Shown: positions 23,719 to 35,888 of the stretch, one piece after another
Position numbering within the stretch: position 1 is the stretch's first letter
Layout of the letters: every line of letters begins with the position of its first letter
Source: Perkinsela sp. CCAP 1560/9
Lineage: Eukaryota; Protista; Euglenozoa: Kinetoplastea
Direction: 5' to 3'
DNA length: 52,280 bases
Assembly: GCA_965644495.1 (NCBI GenBank)
Contig: CBFFSA010000055.1
Location: 1-52,280, forward strand
Position numbers and translations under genes: made by a program
Notes under the pieces: generated by a model
Told to the model about the DNA's origin: nothing
Database searches by the model: none
The model's input: only the letters and a program-made list of their open reading frames with translations

Positions 23719-24582
23719 CTATGTTGTTAACAGTGTAATGTTGGTGTTCTCTATCACAAACTCATCGCGCAGAATTTTGGGAAGAAGACTCTCTTTTATC
23801 TTTCCGGATAGGTTTACGTTGTGTGACAGATCAATATGTTCTAGTGTATGGGGAAGGCGTCTCACATTAAGCTCCCCAGAAAAATTGTTGCCGTCAAGTC
23901 GGACAAATGATAATTTAGAAAGTTCGCTGAAACAAAGCTCTCCGAATAACTGGTTCCCATCGAGACAAACACTTGTCAATGTTAACGGCAATTTCTTTAA
24001 GCATATTTCACCAGTAAATCGGTTACGAGAAAGCGTTAGAGTTTCCAATTTAGGAGGGAGAGCTGTCAAGTCCAATGTTCCGCTCAACTGATTCTCACGT
24101 AGACTCAACGTACGCAAATGGGACGGGAAAGTGTTAAGAGGCACTTTTCCTGAAAGCTTGTTCTCGCACACGTAAAGGGTGTATAGCGTTTTGGGTAAAT
24201 AACCAAAATTCAACGAACCTGTTAGCTTTACACGTATCATAGAGAGTGATAATTGTACATTTATCATAGACCAACTAATAGACGTTACCTCATTCGCTTC
24301 GTTACAACACACGCCATACCACTTACAAGCAGGGAGAGATACATTCCACGAGGGATGCCGATATTCAAGATTGTGTACAAGTTCTGCAAGTTCATATTCT
24401 TGTGGGAGATTCTTCATGCTTACTTTTCCTAGACGTACTCCGTGCACGGACTTTGGTATTTCTTGAACTAAAGCAGAATCAGAAGTATGATTCGTCTTGC
24501 GACGCTTCGAGAGCGGTTCCAACGTGTCACGCAAGAATACTGCAGTAAACATCATTGAAAACGTAAATTGAATAAATAACAA
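23719..24582 (-). CDS. Leucine-rich repeat protein
   Basis: NLPQEYEL, SWNVSLPACKWYGVCC cap and about 6 LRRs; start codon uncertain. Confidence 0.88.
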   Translation of the reverse strand: MLFIQFTFSMMFTAVFLRDTLEPLSKRRKTNHTSDSALVQEIPKSVHGVRLGKVSMKNLPQEYELAELVHNLEYRHPSWNVSLPACKWYGVCCNEANEVTSISWSMINVQLSLSMIRVKLTGSLNFGYLPKTLYTLYVCENKLSGKVPLNTFPSHLRTLSLRENQLSGTLDLTALPPKLETLTLSRNRFTGEICLKKLPLTLTSVCLDGNQLFGELCFSELSKLSFVRLDGNNFSGELNVRRLPHTLEHIDLSHNVNLSGKIKESLLPKILRDEFVIENTNITLLTT

Positions 24583-25034
24583 AAGAAAATGATCGAACGC
24601 TAATTCATCAAAACAGTTATACTGGACCCCCTTAGTTATCTGACATTACTTTTCGTGAAAAGATGACAAACATACTCATAAATTATATTGAGATATATAA
24701 ATTATATTGAGTGAGTTAGGTGGTTACTTCTATTCAGTAAGTTAAGTACGTTTTAAGTTCAACCTATGAATTTCAAGAACATTTATAGAACGATAAGCAG
24801 CAAATCCAATGACTGCAGCGAATATTATTTATTACAAAACATTTTCAGAAACAAACAGCTTCAAAGTAATCTTAACTCCATGCTTCATGCATGTATTTTC
24901 TCATTGCTTCATACATGTACTTTCTCTACCATGATCAAAAAAAGGAAACTGAAAATCAAAAATGAGAATGAAAATTTAAATTTTAATTTTCTGGATTTTC
25001 ATTTTTGACCTGGGAAGTAGTGCTTCCTAAATCA

Positions 25035-25748
25035 TTATCTTAATATCACGAGCTTGGTATTCGATACATCAATGCGTTTCTTTAACCGCGGATGGAGCTC
25101 ACTCGCAACTACTGTACCTTCCAGAAGCGCATTGTTATCTAATGCAAGGGCATCTAGATTCTCTGGAAGGAGCGATAGGTCCACCATTCCTTCGAATTCG
25201 TTTCCAGACAAGTACAAGGATTCAAGAGTGCGCGGGAGTGCTCCCAAATCTAATTTTCCTGTTAAGAAATTATCACTAACGTCAAGATGTACCAGATCGA
25301 CGGGCAATTGTGTAAGGCATATATCACCAGACAATTCGTTTCTTTCCATCCATACGGCATCCGAGAGCTTCGGCAGTCTGGTAAGATCCGGATTGCCTGT
25401 AAATTTGTTCACACCTAGATAGAAAGCAGACAAATTTACTAATGGGAAAAGGTCACATGGGAGGAGTTCCCCAGATATACTGTTGCGTTCAATATTGAGT
25501 TCCACAATGGACATTGGAAGGTATGCAAACTTCATGGATCCACTCAATTTTTGACGGTTCCACCTTATTTCAGTAACTTTCTCCTCTGAATTGCACTTGA
25601 TGCCTTTCCATTTGCAAGCGGAAATGTCTGAACTCCAGCTCTCATGACGTGAGTGCAAACCACTAATGAGCCGCTCAAGATCCATTTCTTGCGGTACATT
25701 TACTGCACGAACTTTCGATGGGCGCGTGGATGGCGCTTGAGAATCCAT
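25035..25748 (-). CDS. Leucine-rich repeat protein; close paralog of 2765-3520
   Basis: Long stretches of protein and DNA identity with 2765-3520. Confidence 0.88.
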   Translation of the reverse strand: MDSQAPSTRPSKVRAVNVPQEMDLERLISGLHSRHESWSSDISACKWKGIKCNSEEKVTEIRWNRQKLSGSMKFAYLPMSIVELNIERNSISGELLPCDLFPLVNLSAFYLGVNKFTGNPDLTRLPKLSDAVWMERNELSGDICLTQLPVDLVHLDVSDNFLTGKLDLGALPRTLESLYLSGNEFEGMVDLSLLPENLDALALDNNALLEGTVVASELHPRLKKRIDVSNTKLVILR

Positions 25749-25888
25749 TGCACGTAAGTTAGATAAAATGCTAAGGGTAGTTTTTGGCAGTATAAACCAA
25801 CTTCGAACGAAATTTGTTCTCTTTCGTTTTACAACGGAATAGATTCTTTATTATTTTTGTGATTCTAGGAATAGCAAATTATGGAGTA

Positions 25889-26476
25889 AAGGTGAGGTAC
25901 GTCTATTGTTGGCAATCATATATTGTTGACATTTGATCAATCTTGATTTTTTTTACCCAAAGCCATGTATGATGAATAAACTCCTGGAATCTGCTAAGGT
26001 CAAAATTGAAGAATGATTTCTCAAGTTATGGTGTCTCACGCAGCAAACTGCATATTTCAGGAAAACTTGGTATAACACTATCCGTAGCACCACTATCCGG
26101 GGTGTGACCGGGGAAAAAAGTGTACCTTTGTGCTCGAAAGCCCGAAAGATAAAATCGCTTTAAATTAAGTGTAATAGAAAAAAATCACACTCGAAGTTGG
26201 TACTAAGTGATCTACAGTACATGTATCTACAGTACATGTATTCGCTCGTGAGTTACATGTAACTCACATGTATCCGCTTGTGACCGTTTTTTTCGACTTT
26301 TTCGAGTTTTTTCGAGTGAGTCATAAAAGTAGTCTAAGTTGTTTTGATTGCCAACAATAGATGATTTTATTGCCGTTCCATCTATTGTTGATTAAGGGGG
26401 ATATTGTATCATCTATTGTTGGCAATCGGCTATTGTTGGCCAAAAAAAGTTGCCAACAATAGACGAGCCCCCCCTT
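25889..26476. mobile_element. Non-autonomous TIR element with CTATTGTTG subterminal repeats
   Basis: AAGGTGAGGTACGTCTATTGTTGGCAA versus the reverse complement of the right end, AAGGGGGGGCTCGTCTATTGTTGGCAA; TA flanks. Confidence 0.6.
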
Positions 26477-27149
26477 TATGTACTCCCCCTCTCATTAATT
26501 TTTATAAATGGATTTCGAGTCATAAAAATTCGTTTTATGCGCTCTCATTAATTTTTATAAATCAAACAAATTCAACTATTCTTTTTAAATTTTATTTCGA
26601 AGCAAACAAAAATCACTCTTTTGTTCTACTGAAAATGAATTACTTCATGGGCGTAGATGGTCGTCCTTCACAGCGGTTTCTTTCAGAGAAGAGAAAGTGG
26701 TTGATTTCTGTGGTGGACAATAACGGTAGGAAAATTACGATAAATATATCGTTTTCGTGCATGTATGGGCGTTCTCATCGCAACATGCTTGGAGTACCAA
26801 GGATGTTTCAAATAAGCCATGAAAAGTATCATGATAATATCGTTTTTGTAAAGAAGCAACTTTCTCTAAAAGTCGGATGCAAACTCGATACCGAGAAGTA
26901 AGGTCAGAACCTCCTCGTAGTCTTCCCTGGAATTACCATCTCACCCCATCAGCACATTTATAATGCATATTAAGGCACATTTATAATGCATATAGCACAT
27001 TCATAATGCATATTGCACAAAAAAATTCCAACAGGCGAACTAACCGAAAAATTCATTTAGCCAGGGATGCAAAGGGGTTTCACCTTTGCTCCCGGTGAGG
27101 CCCCGGAGTTGCGAGAGGCCTCCATACCCCACAACTACCACCTTCCCCC

Positions 27150-27700
27150 CTATTTAGCGGGGGTCGCGTGAGCATTGAACAATCGGTTCAATGTGAAATC
27201 CAGTCTTAACATCCCAGACGGGAGAGCAGTAAGGTCCGGCGTCCCCGTGAGTTCATTTTGGTAAATCCTAAGCTCTTCAACGTGGAGCGGAAATGCAGTA
27301 AGGCATACCTCAAGGAAAACTGATTTCGGGTGAGATTTACTATTTTCAGTGTTCTGGGAAGCGATTCCAATTCTACGGGGGCGAAAACGTGGTTGTTTTC
27401 TAAGATCTAGGTGTGTAGTTTAGGGATCAATGCATGCAAAGGTAATTTTTGTTGTACGTTATTGAAATTTAAGTCAAGCAATTGTAGACTACAGGGAAAG
27501 TAAGAAAAATCTAATTTCCCATGCAGATTCAGTTCGTCCCAATCAAAAGACTAATCTATTTTGCATATATGATGGTGTGCATCATATTTGACACCATGCC
27601 AAGTACACTAGTGCTGCGACAGGCTCCAGGACGAATGCTAACATTCGACGTTTTCTAAGACTTTCTCTAATTTGTAGTCTTGTGGAAGAACAGCATGACT
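27150..27700 (-). pseudogene. LRR gene remnant
   Basis: Minus strand reads ...IYQNELTGTPDLTALPSGMLRLDFTLNRL..., with stops and frameshifts upstream. Confidence 0.6.
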
Positions 27701-27981
27701 TACTTTAGCGGGCCGAGACCTGCTAATCATTCCCAAGGAATCTGTCAAAGAAAGTTAGCCTTATTTGAAAGATCGTTGAGTTCTATACAGCTTATAGTAG
27801 AGTTGGGAAATTATAGTCTGATTCGCGTTTGGCGAGTGTGCGAACAGAAAATAGCTGCTCAAAGGTACTCCTGTAAAAGACTTTGACTTTGTAAAATAGT
27901 TAGTAAAAAAAACTAGCAACTAAATTCGGTCACTTTGAAGGCTACAGCATAAATACGCTACTTCTCCCTCTATCGCTAATT

Positions 27982-28620
27982 GCGGTGGTTGTAAAACTAC
28001 CGCTCTACACTCGATTATTGAAAAAAAAGTGAACAAAAACAGTGAAAATATAAAGGGGAACACAGTAATATAATAGAAGAAAAAAATATAAAAGGGGGCT
28101 CCGGTGGTCCAAAACTGAAAAAAAAAATTGAAAAAAATGGGGGGTCCATGGGGGGGTCCAGGGGGGGGGTCCAGGGGGGGGGTCCAGGGGGGGGGGGCAT
28201 GGTCGAGCAAATTTTTTCGAAAAAATTAGTTTTCAAAAAAAAACCGCAGAAAGGGTAGCCGGGGTCTTGGCGCGCATTTTCCACCCCCCTACCCGGGGGT
28301 GACCCCCCCGCGTATCCGCAGGACGGGTCCGCCAAGTTCGGATTTTTTCGGAAAAAAATTTTTGAAAAAAATTTCAACTTGGCGAAAAAAATGACAAAAA
28401 AAATATTTTTCCAAAATCGTTTCCCCTATTGTATTTTGATAGTTTGGGACCTACACTAGCTTTCTACGCAGTTGTTTTCGCAAGGTATCACTTCTTCGAA
28501 CCGTGGTGCGCCCCTCGAAATGACCCATTTTTGACTAAAAAAGGTGAAAAAGTATTTTTCGGACCTAAAGGGGCATTTTTGTGTCGAAAGAATGGTATGG
28601 TTGGAGTCGCATTCTCTACC
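27982..28620 (+). repeat. G-run minisatellite repeat family, copy 3
   Basis: Same hairpin head, A-tract, GGGGCTCCGGTGGTCC and G-runs as the 5819 and 51877 copies. Confidence 0.72.
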
Positions 28621-28789
28621 CAATACGTTCGGTAGGCTTTCATTCATGCCTGCGAGTGATTTCCCACGCGCAAATGTCGGATTTAGTGCTCTGAGAGCAA
28701 AAATATGCGAAAATGACCCCATTTGTACCCGAAATTCGGCTATTTTTGGCTATAATCTTTCCGTTTTCCATGCTAAATTTTCTTTTTTA

Positions 28790-28884
28790 GGCTCTTCGTT
28801 AAACGCGGCGGTAGTTTTCAACGCGAAGCGCGCAGCATGAGTGACTTCTAAGTTGAAAGCAACCACCGCGTTTAACGAAGAGCC
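28790..28884. mobile_element. ~95-bp MITE (GGCTCTTCGTTAAACGCGG TIR, TA flanks); relatives at 32673-32760, ~43760-43848, ~535-600, ~2660-2725 and ~45480
   Basis: Perfect TIR; shared CGCGAAGCGCGCAGC..GTGACTTCTA core. Confidence 0.75.
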
Positions 28885-28997
28885 TAAAAAAGAAAATTTT
28901 AATAATCATCTAAAAAAATATTATTGTGCATGGTGAAAACTCTAAATTATCGAAAACTCTAAATTGTCAGCCTGTTTTCACGTAGGCAATATTTTCT

Positions 28998-29343
28998 AAA
29001 ATTTTCTTGAGGCGAAAGCGACTTTTTCGCCAAAAGCAATCTATTTAAGCAAAGATAAAGAATAAATAACAAAAGTAAATAAATAAGGTTCTAAGATGTT
29101 TTTAAAGACCATTAACAATGATAATGATATTGAGACTCAGAAAATTATTATCATTCTTGAAGTTTATGGCAATTTTCTTGAGACGAAAGCGACTTTTTCG
29201 CCAAAAGCAATCTATTTTTAAACAAAGATAAAGAATAAATGACAAAGGTAAATAAATAAAGTTCTAAGATGTTTTTAAAGACCATTAACAATGATAATGA
29301 TAATGATAATCAGAAAATTATTATCGTTCTCGAAGTTTATGGC
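28998..29343 (+). repeat. Tandem duplication (~173-bp unit x2)
   Basis: AATTTTCTTGAG.CGAAAGCGACTTTTTCGCC...GAAGTTTATGGC occurs twice in tandem. Confidence 0.8.
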
Positions 29344-29439
29344 ATTGAAGTTTATGACATAGATCTCTTGAACGGAGGCTTGTATCTGCCGGGAAATGTT
29401 GTGTAAGATCATCAACAATCGTTTACAATAGTAGCAATA

Positions 29440-30129
29440 TTAATAACCCCACCCAAGGTTCATCAAGTTTTCTATATCACATCGACTTAACGGGCCATTG
29501 CTAACAATGATTTGAGTTCCGTTAACGTCATAAAATATGTCTTTCGGCAAATCTATGACATCCAGTTTTCCTTGCAACATTTCATTACCACTTATATACG
29601 CAAACCTCAACGAGGCTGGAAGGGCAAAGAAGTCAACGTATCCTGAAAATCGGTTTTTCTCAATGTTCAAAACTTCCAACAACGGAGGCAAATCGTAAGA
29701 ATTGAAGGTTCCATGAAAGTTGTTCTCCTGTATTAATAGCGTCTCTAACGTTTTAGGCAAAACGTCGAACGGAAAATCTCCGGAAAGCTTGTTGTGGAAA
29801 GCGCGAAATGCTTTTAACTGAGAAGGAAGATATCCGAGGTCTAATGAGCCGCAAAGAGTGTTATACGTCCACCTGATATCTGTCACAGTTTCATTCTTGT
29901 CACACTTAACTCCTTCCCACAGACATCCAGGACACTCTGTCGTCCAGGATTTACGAGGGTTTTCTATGCCTCTGACAAGCCGCGCTAAATCATACTCGAT
30001 GGGAAGATCGGTGCCGCGTATCTTAGACCCGGGATAGAGTGCACTCTTTTTTGTACCGTTTTCCTTCAAATCCTGGTCAGCACAGTGCAAAAGACCCATT
30101 ACATGAGACATCATGTGTAAAATCAGCAT
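29440..30129 (-). CDS. Leucine-rich repeat protein; intact paralog of the interrupted 35534-36782 copy
   Basis: SWTTECPGCLWEGVKC cap and LRRs. Confidence 0.88.
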   Translation of the reverse strand: MLILHMMSHVMGLLHCADQDLKENGTKKSALYPGSKIRGTDLPIEYDLARLVRGIENPRKSWTTECPGCLWEGVKCDKNETVTDIRWTYNTLCGSLDLGYLPSQLKAFRAFHNKLSGDFPFDVLPKTLETLLIQENNFHGTFNSYDLPPLLEVLNIEKNRFSGYVDFFALPASLRFAYISGNEMLQGKLDVIDLPKDIFYDVNGTQIIVSNGPLSRCDIENLMNLGWGY

Positions 30130-30139
30130 TCTTAGATGT

Positions 30140-30142
<3 letters not shown>

Positions 30143-30222
<80 letters not shown>
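30143..30222 (-). promoter_or_regulatory. (CT)40 microsatellite acting as a putative trans-splicing polypyrimidine tract
   Basis: On the minus strand (CT)40 is followed by TGTACATCTAAG|AATG, the start of the LRR ORF. The paralog has only (CT)5 at 36804-36813. Confidence 0.55.
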
Positions 30223-30225
<3 letters not shown>

Positions 30226-30452
30226 GCGATACTCCGTTTGAGAAAAAAGCTATTATGCGTAACAAACTAGTATCCAAGAATCAAACTTAGACGTAAGAAT
30301 CACTTTAAAATTGGCTCAACGGGGAAATCTACACGCAAAAGCCCAAAGCATACGTAAATAATGTCACGTATGGAAATAAAAAGTATAAACGCGTTGCGCC
30401 AGTGAAACGAGTCAATTTTATAATACTTTTGGAATTACCAAAACTAGAATTA

Positions 30453-30804
30453 CTGTCAAAGTACTTATTAACGGAATAAAAATTATTGGAATAAAAATTA
30501 ACGGAATAATAATTAACAGAATACTTTTTCGTTTTTTTGATTTTCACCAAACTCTTCCCAAAAATAGTCAGTGGTTAATCTTTTCATCAAAATTCAAAAC
30601 ATTTCTCCTGAGAAAGAAAAACGACGTCACCGCGAAAGGATGAATCGATTAAGACGTATCCGCAGAAGTTACAAGATAGATCTCTTGACGCTTAAATTTT
30701 GTTAGGAATTTAGTAAAAATCATTGGAATAATAATTAACGGAATAATTTCGGTCCAAAAAAACATTCCGTTAATCATTATTATTGTTAATAAGTACTTTG
30801 ACGG
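30453..30804. mobile_element. pogo-type MITE with TA TSD
   Basis: TA CTGTCAAAGTACTTATTAAC ... GTTAATAAGTACTTTGACGG TA; TTAACGGAATAA repeats. Confidence 0.82.
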
Positions 30805-32043
30805 TAGTCACTATTCTGACACCCACCGTCACTATTCTCGTTATGCCTTTACTTTGACAAAGAAACAGTGTTTTAGTCCTTCTGAATCGCTATTCCCAGA
30901 ATTAGGTATCGAACGTTGACCCATCTAACGTTGAGAAAATGGCTGCTTAAAGATACTCCTGTAAAAGATTGCTGAGAATCTCGAACGACTTTGTAAAATA
31001 GTTAGTAACTACATTCCGCCACTTTGAACGCTATTATAAATACGCTATTATATTAATACGCTACTATTATACTCCTGGCATCACAACTGCTATTGTGATT
31101 TAAGGAATACACACACCCTGGAGTAAGTGGCTTGTAAGTTACAACAGCCCGTTTACAAGGCTGTAAGTTACAATTTTAACCTACAACTTACAAGTAACCT
31201 TCAGGGGGTGGTAGGGATATGTAACTTTCGTAAAACTCCAATATTGGAAATTAATAGCGCATTCGAAAGCTCTCGCAATGCCATAAACCAATGCAAACCA
31301 TGTTCATAGAAAATCAAAAAGAAGTGATGCACACAACAGATGTGATGCATACATACACCATTATTTTGTTTTATCCAGTCTTTTGTTCTTGCAAATATCT
31401 CCCCATGGAGCGGCACAGAATCCAAGTTCCTGCGAGATCTATTTCAACTAGTGTCCCTGTGGTCGGTGAACTTGCGCTCGAGGAACGTGGAAAGGCTGAA
31501 AATGGAACCCGTCATCTTTACATCGCAGAAGAAATTTTCTTCATCCTTGACAGAGCTTGTCAGCATCAATTGACTACAGAACAAGAAGATTTCGAGCAAC
31601 GATATTGTCATAACCAACGTCATAACCAATCTATCCTCATCATACCGCTGTCAAAAAAGAAGTCTTCAACGTGCTCTGGTAAAGATTCTCCGAAACGAAG
31701 TAAATCACATCCCTGCGTCAGCGGGCCAAAAACCCCTCTGAAGGGCCCGCTGGAACGGTCCCTTCGAAAAAAAGAGGTCTCCACCGTACTTCATTATAAG
31801 TTTCGGAAACAAAGTAAAGCACATGCCCGCGTCAGCGTGTCTCGAAGTTCGAACATCGAAGTTGCAAAATTGTAGAATCTGATTCACTTTTATTCACCTC
31901 ATCTCTTTTACTCTTCATCGCACCTACTTTGTTTACCTACTCATTTAGTATACCTACTAGGTATACATGTACTATCCTGGAACATGGTTTAGTATCTGAT
32001 TCAGTTTTTTAATCACCTTATCTTTTTCACCCTTCCTCCCAAT

Positions 32044-32346
32044 ATGTCTACTCTTCCGGAGAATGTCTCCACCGAAGAATACGATATATCGCTTAAGATT
32101 AGTGATGCTAAGCGCAAGCGGGATGACTTGCACGAACCAGAGATGAACTTGAGTTCAGCTCTGGGCGAGCGTGACGAGCGCTCGATCACTGTGGAGCATA
32201 TTCCGCCGGAAATGACAAAGGAAAATTTAAGTGAGTATTATGCTTTCTTCGGTGACGTAAAACTTGTCACAATACAAAATAATCAAAAAGTACAAACGTG
32301 CGTATATTTGTTTTGCCACGACAGAACAAGCGAAACATGCATGTAG
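32044..32346 (+). pseudogene. RRM-domain gene fragment (second, inverted copy at ~44050-44203)
   Basis: RSITVEHIPPEMTKENLSEYYAFFGDVKLVTI fits the RNP2/helix part of an RRM. Homologous DNA plus downstream flank lies inverted at 43760-44203. Confidence 0.55.
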
Positions 32347-32880
32347 CACGTATCGTAAGAGCAAGGGAATGCGAAAGGAACAGCCAACAAAGCAGACGAA
32401 AAAGAAGTTTTGAAAGGCGAAGAATTACTGACAAAGAAAAGTGATTACAGGACAAAGAAAGTGTTTTTGCTTGTCGAAGAAGTTAATTTTTAGAACGTAG
32501 TTTTCCGGGGCTTTTTCAGTGCACGTTTTCATGTTTTTCTTCTCCAATTTTTCTCCTCTAAAAGCCTATACTGTTCTGTTTAGCAAGTAAAGTACTACTT
32601 AACACGCAAAGTTGATATACACGATTGTATGCGATCATTGTCCCTTTAGTATCTCCAATTTTTTCTTTTCTAGGCTCTTCATTCAGGTAGTTTTTAACGC
32701 GAAGCGCGCAGCTTGAGTGACTTCTATGTTGAAAACAACCACCTCGTTTAACGAAGAGCCTAGATTAGTTACAGGGGGGATCAGCTACATCTGGGGGGGT
32801 CTAAAATTCGTATAACTTGGCCGATTTTAGAAAATAATAGCGCACTCGAGAGCTCTCACATAGCCCTCTGGTGGAATATA

Positions 32881-34464
32881 CAGGGGTGCAAATCAGATGC
32901 TGGGGGGGTCTAAAATTAGCAATGTTTGCGCAATTTTGGAAAATAATAGCGCATTCAAGAGCTCTCGCAGAGATCTATGTTTGGGCGCTATTATCACGTT
33001 AAAAGAAAACAAATTTGAAAAAGATAATTTTTTTAAAGGTTTTTTACCCCCCTAAAAGTTGCAGATTTTTCAATTTTTGCAGTTTTTTCCGTGTTTTTTT
33101 TGTTTTCCAGCTCACTATTATGCCGCAAAAGCGATCCCTCTCTAAGCAAAACAGTAAAAGCTTATCTGATAGATCACATGAACCCCCGGGGCACACAAAA
33201 TATTCACACAGGATGCTTCTCGTTAAAGATTACGAGAATACAAACTCCTACAGTGCCACTTGCCAAAGACAAGGCGTCCACGACAGCACTGTTAAGTTGT
33301 GGGTTAAGCGATTTGAGGAAACCGGGGATGTTGAACGTGCTACGCCTCCTCGCGAACGCACTGTAACAACGCCGGAACTTCTTGAGGCATGCCGCGAAAT
33401 TATTGACGCGTCCAACGCGACAAGTGCGCGAGGTTGTCCCTCGTGGAGTTTTATTCTTCGAGAGGTTAGGAAAAGGAGTTTCTCCTGCAGCAGGCCGACC
33501 CTAGTAAATTTTTTGAAGGACGAAGGGATGATCCAACGATCTTTTTCTAAAGGCCTGTTCTTAACTGAAGTTCACAAGGCCAAGCGACTAACATTTGCAC
33601 TGAAAATGCAGAAGTGGTCCGTCGCACAGCTCCGTCACATTATTTGGTGTGACGAAAAAAAGTTTACTTGTCAACTTGGGCGCGAAAGCCGTTCTTACAT
33701 TTGCCGAGCGAGTGACCCCCCCAAGCCACCCCTAAAAGCTGCGCAAAAATGGTTTGGAGGGGATGGAGTAAACGTTTGGATGGGTATTTTATAACGTTTG
33801 CGGTTTTTTTATTTTATAACGTTTGGAGTTTTTTATCACGTCTTTCCCGACAGGGACAGAAATGGGAAAGTTACGATTACTTCAAATGTTTTTAAAGCAG
33901 CTTTGACAAAAAGGGGGGGTTTCTTAAGTTACTTGAAGCGTCATAGCGATACTAGAGTTGCAATGGATAATGCTCCTGGTCACAATGGCACCTTTAAAAC
34001 CTTTCGAGAAAACCAAGTCTTTGTTTTAGACTTTCCCCCAAAATCCCCAGATCTTAACCCTATTGAAAACATTTGGGACATCATGGACACCTTTATTAAA
34101 GACGGTACAAACCCAGAAAATAGGACTGAACTTTTGTATTCTATTGAAAAGGCGGTTGATTACATTAAAACAGATGGTCATGACATGCTCATAAACACTT
34201 TAAGCAGCATGCCGCGGCGTTTCGACATAGTAGTAGAAAAAAAAGGGGAAAGTTGTAATTATTGAACGTACAAAATTTTTCTTTCACTTTTTGCATTTTG
34301 ACGTTTTTGGGCTTCTCCTCAGTTGATCACCCCCTTACACCCCGGGAAACCGCCTATCCAAATACATAGATCTCTGCGAGAGCTCTGGAATGCGCTATTA
34401 TTTTCCAAAATTGCGCAAACATTGCTAATTTTAGACCCCCCCCAGCATCTGATTTGCACCCCTG
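32881..34464 (+). mobile_element. Tc1/IS630 element (DD32E) with ~100-bp TIRs and TA TSD; transposase has an in-frame stop
   Basis: TA CAGGGGTGCAAATCAGATGCTGGGGGGG...; ORF 33120-34265 (WCDEKKF, MDNAPGH-32aa-E) is interrupted by a ~25-bp tandem duplication containing TAA at 33792. Confidence 0.9.
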
Positions 34465-34840
34465 TATATTGTTTCCCGCATTTTTACTTCAAACGCATTT
34501 TGTCAAAAAAATATTTTTTTTGTGTATAAACCTAGGGACACGATAAGTTACCCCCCTCTAAAATTTGTGTAAAGTCTTCGTTTGGGCTAATTTTTGTTGT
34601 ATTTTGCAGATCTCGGTGACGCTTGTTTGCGCATATCATATAGAGAATAATACTGGGAACCAATAAAATATGAATTTAGTATTACCATTTTTTCACTTTT
34701 TCGCCACCAATTTTTTTTGATTTTCGATTTTCCGAAAACAATAATTTTGGTATAAAAAATATGAAAAATTCACCCCCAAAAAATGCAAAAATACAAGAAA
34801 AGGTCCCTTTTTTGTCTTTTTGATCTGTTTTTTGTCGAAA

Positions 34841-35250
34841 ATGGGGAAAAGATCCCGTCTAAATCGTCGCCAGCTTTCGCCGGAGCAAACATCTTATGCC
34901 ACTAGGGTGGTTTGCGCTCACGAGGTGGACCAAGGGGCCTCTTTGCGCGAGAAAGCTCAAATGCTGAACTGTTCACACACTTCTGTATCGCGCTACATTA
35001 AGCGTTTTGAAGAAACGGGTGATGTAGAGCGAAGGAAGTACACACGCGAAAACATCTGTGATACTGACGAGTTTCGACAGATGCTTGCTTGCCTCGTGGA
35101 CGAAAAGAATTTGGTTGCCCGGGGTTTAAATGGGTGTTCCGAACCATTGATAAAAATGTATTCCCGTGCAGCTTGAAGACTGTAAGAAAGATTTTAAAAA
35201 GTATGGGATACATTACTAAAGTATTCAGCCGCAAACCAATATCAACTCCA
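34841..35250 (+). pseudogene. Tc1 transposase N-terminal fragment (DD32E-family relative)
   Basis: RYIKRFEETGDVER matches the 33120 and 47617 proteins; frameshifted and truncated. Confidence 0.7.
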
Positions 35251-35888
35251 TATACAGCATGTATAACAGGATACCTACTACATACATGTATTATACCCCC
35301 CCCCCAATTATTTGCAAAACAAATCGGTACTCTTTTTGGTTGTAAGTTGTAACTTACAATTGTAACGTACAAGTCACTTACTCCAGGGTGTGAATACATT
35401 TCACACATCTACATAGTACGGTATGATGTACTATATCTAGTACGTACTAACTACCGTACTATCCGTACTAGGATAGTAAAGTCCCAAAAAAGCCCATCGA
35501 AACCTAGCCCCTAACCCCTAAATAGTAAACGTATTAAGTATAAGGTACGAACTCGAATGTTTTATATCGACATAACGGGCCATTGCTAACAATGACTTGA
35601 GTTCCACTAGCGGAGTAAAATATGTCTTTCGGCAAATCCATAACATTTAGCTTTCCTTGCAACATTTCATTACCACTTAGAAACGCAAACCTCAACGAGG
35701 CTGGAAGGGCAGAGAAGTCAACGTATCCTGAAAATTGGTTATCCTCAATGTTCAAAACTTCCAATAACGGAGGCAAATCGTAAAAATTGAAGGTTCCACG
35801 AAAGTTGTTCTCCTTTATTAATAGCGCCTCTAAAGTTTTAGGCAAAACGTCGAACGGAAAATCTCCAGAGAGCTTGTTGCGGAAAGCG

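Larger units (their letters stand above)
31112..35392. mobile_element. Composite non-autonomous hAT-like element with 33-bp TIR, 6-bp TSD (AATACA), nested elements and cargo
   Basis: CACACCCTGGAGTAAGTG(G/A)CTTGTA(A/C)GTTACAA at both ends; AATACA at 31106-31111 and 35393-35398. Confidence 0.8.

Noticed and set aside
31027-31070. SL 5' half (AACGCTATTAT) repeats
   Set aside because: Short AT-rich local repeat without the CAGTTTCTGTA core; the related copy at ~27935 does not conserve it.
33792-33794. Stop-codon reassignment
   Set aside because: The in-frame TAA lies in a local duplication. Intact genes end normally, mostly at TAA/TAG, and other broken ORFs are frameshifts.
35505-35521. Telomeric repeat (CCCCTAA x2)
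   Set aside because: Only two units; within chance.
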